This document shows, piece by piece, positions 58,451 through 64,000 of a DNA stretch of 64,000 nucleotides. Within the stretch, counting starts at the first letter, position 1. Each line of letters opens with the position of its first letter. The position numbers and the translations under genes were made by a program. The stretch spans positions 6,231 to 70,230 of the forward strand of contig JAQGDQ010001014.1 of the NCBI GenBank assembly GCA_030141605.1, read 5' to 3'. The notes below the pieces were generated by a model. That model ran no database searches, had not been told where the DNA came from, and worked only from the letters and a program-made list of their open reading frames with translations. The stretch comes from Tubiluchus corallicola (lineage: Eukaryota > Animalia > Priapulida).

Positions 58451-58973
58451 GATTGATAACAACAAACAAATTTTATTAGGATTGATAACTACAAACAAAT
58501 TTTATTAGGATTGATAACTACAAACAAATTTTATTAGGATTGATAACAACAAACAAATTTTATTAGGATTGATTACAACAAACAAATTTTATTAGGATAG
58601 ATAGCAATAAACAAATTTTATTAGGATTGATTACAACAAACAAATTTTATTAGGATTGATTGCAACAAACAAATTTTATTAGGATTGATAGCAACAAACA
58701 AATTTTATTAGGATTGATTACAACAAACAAATTTTATTAGGATTGATTGCAACAAACAAATTTTATTAGGATTGATAGCAACAAACAAATTTTATTAGGA
58801 TTGATTACAACAAACAAATTTTATTAGGATTGATTGCAACAAACAAATTTTATTAGGATTGATAGCAACAAACAAATTTTATTAGGATTGATTGCAACAA
58901 ACAAATTTTATTAGGATTGATTGCAACAAACAAATTTTATTAGGATTGATTACAACAAACAAATTTTATTAGG
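58451..58973 (-). repeat. 29-bp minisatellite x~18, each unit with AATAAA on the protease sense strand
   Basis: Plus unit gattgattacaacaaacaaattttattag; minus unit ctAATAAAatttgtttgttgtaatcaatc. Confidence 0.95.
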
Positions 58974-59077
58974 AATTTGTATTTTTACCAACTAGTCTGG
59001 TCAGAAATAATTGCAATAACAGCAATTTTAACATGATAATTTAAAGATGAAATTGTCAAAAGCTTTATTAGAGTGCT

Positions 59078-60106
59078 CTAGAGATCTTTATACTGCAATT
59101 TTTCCCATTTCGTCACACTGAAAAAAATAACTAAGTACAGTGTAACTGCGTAAATTATCTTTGTTGTGCCATGTAATGGAGCAGCCATGTTGCGTACGAA
59201 GCCAAAGATGCTGCCGTCAGGTACATAAAGGCGCTTCGCATGTTCAATCCAATCTAAATAGTGAGAAATCTTCACAGCGGTGGTCACTGTCGCACCATCA
59301 GCCCACGATTCCTGGTCCCATGGATATTTCAAACCGCTTCTACTGGATATAATACCAATAACCTGTCCAGTACTTTTTAGTACCATGGGTCCACCTGAAT
59401 CACCTAAATCAGAGCTGCGACTTGGATTATAGGCGCAAATAAGAAGAGCGGGGTCTTTTCCTGCACAGTCACCGTACATGTCTACTACCAGTAACTCAGC
59501 TTTCTGTAAAAGCTCATTTATACGTGGTGGAACATCCCGTATCCCATGACTTCCCCATCCAGCTAAAACAGCTATTTCGTTAACATAATTAGCTCTCTCA
59601 CAAAAGGGTATTTTAGCAGGCAGAATATCTTGATCGAATCCGGTAATGACAGTATACTCAACACGCCTGTTTAATCGCACTAAGGCGATATCGTTATTCT
59701 GAAAAACTGTCGAATTTGGATCATAAAGGGCGTGTGTATGATACCACCTGATCCAACGTTCTATTGGCGAGTTCCTCCAAGTGTTGTGCCCCAATAAAAC
59801 TTTTAAATCTTCTCCCGGTTTTTTAACTTTGTCAAAGCAATGAGCTGCTGTCAAGACCCACACATTATCAATGAGGATTCCTCCGCAATAATCCTCCGGC
59901 AAATCAAGAAAAACTATGTAGGGAAATTCCCTTTCTTTAACTGCTTCTCCACCTCGAATCCTAGGTTCAGCAGACAGTTCTGTTGCGTCAAATACGTCAG
60001 AATCAAATACATTCGCAACAGGCGAAGAAGTAGAGCTCAGTGTAGAGAGACATTCGTCAAAGTAGAACCATGTAAGCAGATATAAACCTGCAGTTGACAG
60101 TTCCAT
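59078..60106 (-). CDS. Intronless S1 (trypsin/chymotrypsin-fold) serine protease zymogen, ~342 aa, with probable signal peptide and C-terminal TM/GPI anchor
   Basis: First ATG at 60106 (MELSTAGLYLLTWFYF). Activation site PR|IRGG. Motifs YCGG, LTAAHC (His57), NNDIAL (Asp102), AGWG, GDSGGP (Ser195) and YLDWI. Hydrophobic tail IIYAVTLYLVIFFSV. Confidence 0.93.
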   Translation of the reverse strand: MELSTAGLYLLTWFYFDECLSTLSSTSSPVANVFDSDVFDATELSAEPRIRGGEAVKEREFPYIVFLDLPEDYCGGILIDNVWVLTAAHCFDKVKKPGEDLKVLLGHNTWRNSPIERWIRWYHTHALYDPNSTVFQNNDIALVRLNRRVEYTVITGFDQDILPAKIPFCERANYVNEIAVLAGWGSHGIRDVPPRINELLQKAELLVVDMYGDCAGKDPALLICAYNPSRSSDLGDSGGPMVLKSTGQVIGIISSRSGLKYPWDQESWADGATVTTAVKISHYLDWIEHAKRLYVPDGSIFGFVRNMAAPLHGTTKIIYAVTLYLVIFFSVTKWEKLQYKDL

Positions 60107-61562
60107 ACTAGTGCTAAAATAATGTATTATTGCAGTGGTTCTCTGACCTTTCACACGTGGTCATTTCTAAGAAAATTTTTTGGCCTGTTCTACTTTCATT
60201 ATCGAACACTCGTCGAATACGTCAACATGATGATAGTTGCCTGCTTCTACCGTCGATGTTGTCAAGTGCAAACAATTGTTTCCAAGGTTTTGGAATTTTC
60301 GAAAAAACGAATTGTTGCAAGTCACGTTTCAGTTTAAACATAATTTATTTAGGATTGGATCAGACAGTTTGAACAACATGTTTTAGGATCATCACCAGAA
60401 CAGACTTTATACACTATTTACAAGAACATTTACAGTAAGACTACACAAGCTGACAAGTTTTACTACAGGAATACATTAGATGTACTGGAAATCTTGGATT
60501 GGCGTGCTTGGCGGCCTTCGCTTGTTGTTGGCTTTGGCCACCTTGTGGTGATTTTTCGCGTAATCACGTGATCAATTTGATCTGGGTCAGAGGCCTACTG
60601 TGAAGTGAAGACGTGTCATAAGTTGATAAGATATTGTCGTTATCTGCTACAATTGCTTATGATTTTGGGCTAATAACATACGTATATACTCTCATTACGT
60701 CATAAAATTTAAATTTACTTTCATATAATTGCTAGGTATTAGTTAATACGACAGTACAGTGTGGAGCTCTTCATTATGTAAAATTGACTTTTGGCTAGTG
60801 TTGTTTGTTTATTTGTTATTTTTTGGCACTAATTTCTTATGTTTAGATGGAATGACATGTTTTGACAAATAAAGAGCAAAGAAAGAGCAAAATTTAACCG
60901 AAGTTCGAATTTGGTTTTTGAAAACCCAAACATTAGACATTAGTAGAAAATGACGGTTAGAAAGCATTAATGTACGATTATTTAAGACTGATGCATTTTA
61001 TATTAGATAGAAATTACTGGAAGCGTTTAGTACGTAATATAAAGTCATGTATACATTGGAATATTTTACAGTTAGTTAAATTCTAGTGTGAACGCCTCGG
61101 TGAGTTACTCTCGAAACTTCTCACAGTGAATAGGGAAGTGAGTGTCAGCTCACGCTTACTGTAAGACAGTAACTCGTCGCAAGTTTTGCCCTTTAGTCTG
61201 AACATGCTTGTGAGTTACTTGGTGAGAAAACTCCCTAGTGTGAACGCGCCGTAAAAAGCTTGCTGTGAAAATGATCTATTGTTACATCTCGTTTAGTATT
61301 GCGTTAAACGCGTGTATAAAACAATTAGTTGCGTATAGACGTTGATTTGAAATCTGAAACCACAGAGATAAACTTTTGTGTATAGCATAGCATAACGCTC
61401 TGCAACGTAACGTCATGAAACCATAGAGATAAATTTTCCTGTATGGCATAGCATAACACACTGCAACGTAACGTCATGAAGCATAACGTATTGTATATGC
61501 CTTGAGAAAACGAATATGGTACAAAATAACAAAGCAGGACGTAAAGTAACACAGCAGGTCAT

Positions 61563-61985
61563 TGCACAGCACAGCATAATACAATACAGTACAATACAAT
61601 GCAATGCAATGCAGTGCAATGCAATGCAGTGCAATGCAATGCAAAGCAGTGCAATGCAATGCAGTGCAATGCAATGCAATGCAGTGCAATGCAATTCAAT
61701 GCAGTGCAATGCAATGCAAAGCAGTGCAATGCAATGCAATGCAATGCAATGCAATGCAATACAATGCAATACAATGCAATACAATGCAATGCAATACAAT
61801 ACAATACAATACAATACAATACAATACAATACAATACAATACAATACAATACAACACAATACAATACAATACAATACAATACAATACAATACAATACAAT
61901 ACAATACAATACAATACAATACAATACAATACAATACAATACAATACAATACAATACAATACAAAGCAATGCAATGCAATGCAGA
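61563..61985 (+). repeat. (CAATG/CAGTG/CAATA)n pentanucleotide array
   Basis: Direct reading. Confidence 0.95.
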
Positions 61986-62728
61986 GCAGCACAACAAGCA
62001 CAACACTTAACAATTCATCGCATCAGTGATCAACAAAACACAAACTATTATTACTACTAACTGCGACTGTTATTACACTATAACAGCTTATCAATATTAG
62101 CTTATTAAAATAATTTAATAATAGTTGTTACACCATAACTTATATCATGTAATGATATACTGTGATATTAATTACATTGTGACTGTTACATTACTGTACA
62201 TCGTCCCAGTTTAAGAACAGCAGACAATTATATAATATTTATTTATTTAAATTATTAATTTCGACACTAGGATGAGTAAAATACAAGGTCGTTGTGCTTA
62301 ATAATTTGTTATCTCCATGCATAAATGATGAAGTTAATCACATAAATTAAGAGACCTCCCATGCTTTAGTGTTTTCAAAAAGCTGGCAGGGATCAAGCTC
62401 TTTGCTTCTACGAATCACTTATATGTTATGCAAATGTTATTTTCTCCTTTTCTGCTTTTGTTCACGCTCGAGCGATTTTCAACTGTGCTGATGACGTCAC
62501 GTGTCGCCGCATGCCGCATAATCAATCCGCGGTATCAATTTGCGCGCGGCGGGGGTTTCGTTCGTTTGCCGATGTTTTATGTTACGATAAATTCAATGAA
62601 AAGCAAACGCCAGAACAAAAACCCGACCCTAAAATTGCAAAAAAACTCATCGACTTGGCTCCCCTGGGCATTTATCTGCACGGCCAGGAGAAAATGCAAG
62701 AAATTATGCAATGCAATGCGCACAGTTG

Positions 62729-63218
62729 AAGGAAAGAACAAGTCTCTTAGCATGTTGGGTTTATTTTACTTATGTTATCACTTAAACTGTTTGTGGTGTG
62801 CTAAAAGAAAGAACAAGTCACTCAGCATGTTGGGTTTATTTTACCGTTATCACTTAAACTATTTGTGGTGTGTTAAAAGAAAGAACAAGTCACTCAGTAC
62901 GTTGGGTTTATTTTACTGTTAACACTTGAACTGTTTGTGGTGTGTTAAAAGAAAGAACAATTCACTTAGCATGTTGGGTTCATTTTACTGTTATCACTTA
63001 GACTGTTTGTGGTGTGCTAAAGGAAAGAACAAGTCTCTTAGCATGTTGAGTTTATTTACCGTTATCACTTAAAATGTTTGTGGTGTGTTAAAAGAAAGAA
63101 CAAGTCACTCAGCATGTTGGGTTTATTTTACCGTTATCACTTAAACTGTTTGTGGTGTGCTAAAGAAAAGAACAAGTCACTCAGTATGTTGGGTTTATTT
63201 TACTGTTATCACTTAAAT
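62729..63218 (+). repeat. ~72-bp minisatellite x~7
   Basis: Unit aaagaaagaacaagtcactcagcatgttgggtttattttaccgttatcacttaaactgtttgtggtgtgt(t)a. Confidence 0.9.
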
Positions 63219-64000
63219 CAAAGGAAACATAACAAAGAGATTTGCAAAGAAATGTCTATAAAGCATTGGTCTAATTTTTGTTACAGCTGAACAGAATTTT
63301 TTAAGCGTGGTGGTAACCACCATTTACTTGAAAATTATGACGTAACTGGTGGTCTTCGCGACTTTTCTTGAGCACATCGTGGCTTTCCGTAAACACGCGC
63401 TGCTTAAACTAATTCAAACTTCTGCAGCTTAACTAATGTTAAATGAAGAATATCACAAAATTACCTATACGATATAATACTTTTACTGGCGTCAACACTG
63501 CACTACTTTTAGTCAGCCGATGAATGACGTCATTGGTGGACGAATGGGCGTTAAAAATGAGAGCGCCTAGGCGCCGGATATTAAAGTGACTTTACTAATT
63601 ACAGGTGGTGTTTATCGAAATTTTATTACCAAATCCTTCTAGCATTTTTCGCCAACATTGAAATAATCCTCACTTCCCAGAAGAGTTGATCTTTCCTTTA
63701 ACGCAATACAAGACTGCAGTAAGCTAAACGACGTTGCAAAACGAAATGCTCCGGTTTAACCCTAACGAAAGCAATAAATGGCTAATTATTGCACAAAAAT
63801 CAATGTACCATAGATAAATCTTTCTTTAATCAGGGTGTCTGCTGCTTACTGGAGATTTTACAACAGAAAACTTCTTCGGGGAACAATAATTAAACTTTAG
63901 CCCAACGGATAAACAGGATAAGTTGGTTAGTAGAATTTTCGGTTAATTTAAATTTATAAGCTAAAGAGAAAAGCGCCCCGCCCTCTACCGGTAACTAAAC

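Noticed and set aside
60107-60154. N-terminal 16 codons of the protease ORF
   Set aside because: This stretch starts at a GTG. The first ATG at 60106 gives a plausible signal peptide.

Overview
AT-rich, repeat-dense DNA from a metazoan, probably an invertebrate. It is not prokaryotic and contains no CRISPR array. About 90% of the window is one giant, near-perfect inverted duplication: left arm 1..~27950, right arm ~29855..57770, with a ~1.9 kb unique spacer. The arms may continue past the left edge of the window. Each arm carries the last two coding exons of a two-pore-domain (K2P/TWiK) potassium channel gene, so the two copies sit tail-to-tail. No exon for TM1 and the first pore helix was found in the window. 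Right of the mirrored part is an intronless S1-family serine protease with a signal peptide, an intact triad, an atypical S1 pocket and a C-terminal hydrophobic anchor. About 100 bp past its stop codon is an ~18-copy tandem array in which every unit carries AATAAA on the sense strand. The rest is MITEs (hAT-, piggyBac- and Kolobok-like), LINE, Penelope and SINE relics, minisatellites and microsatellites. Sequence alone cannot show whether the palindrome is genomic or an assembly/library fold-back artefact.
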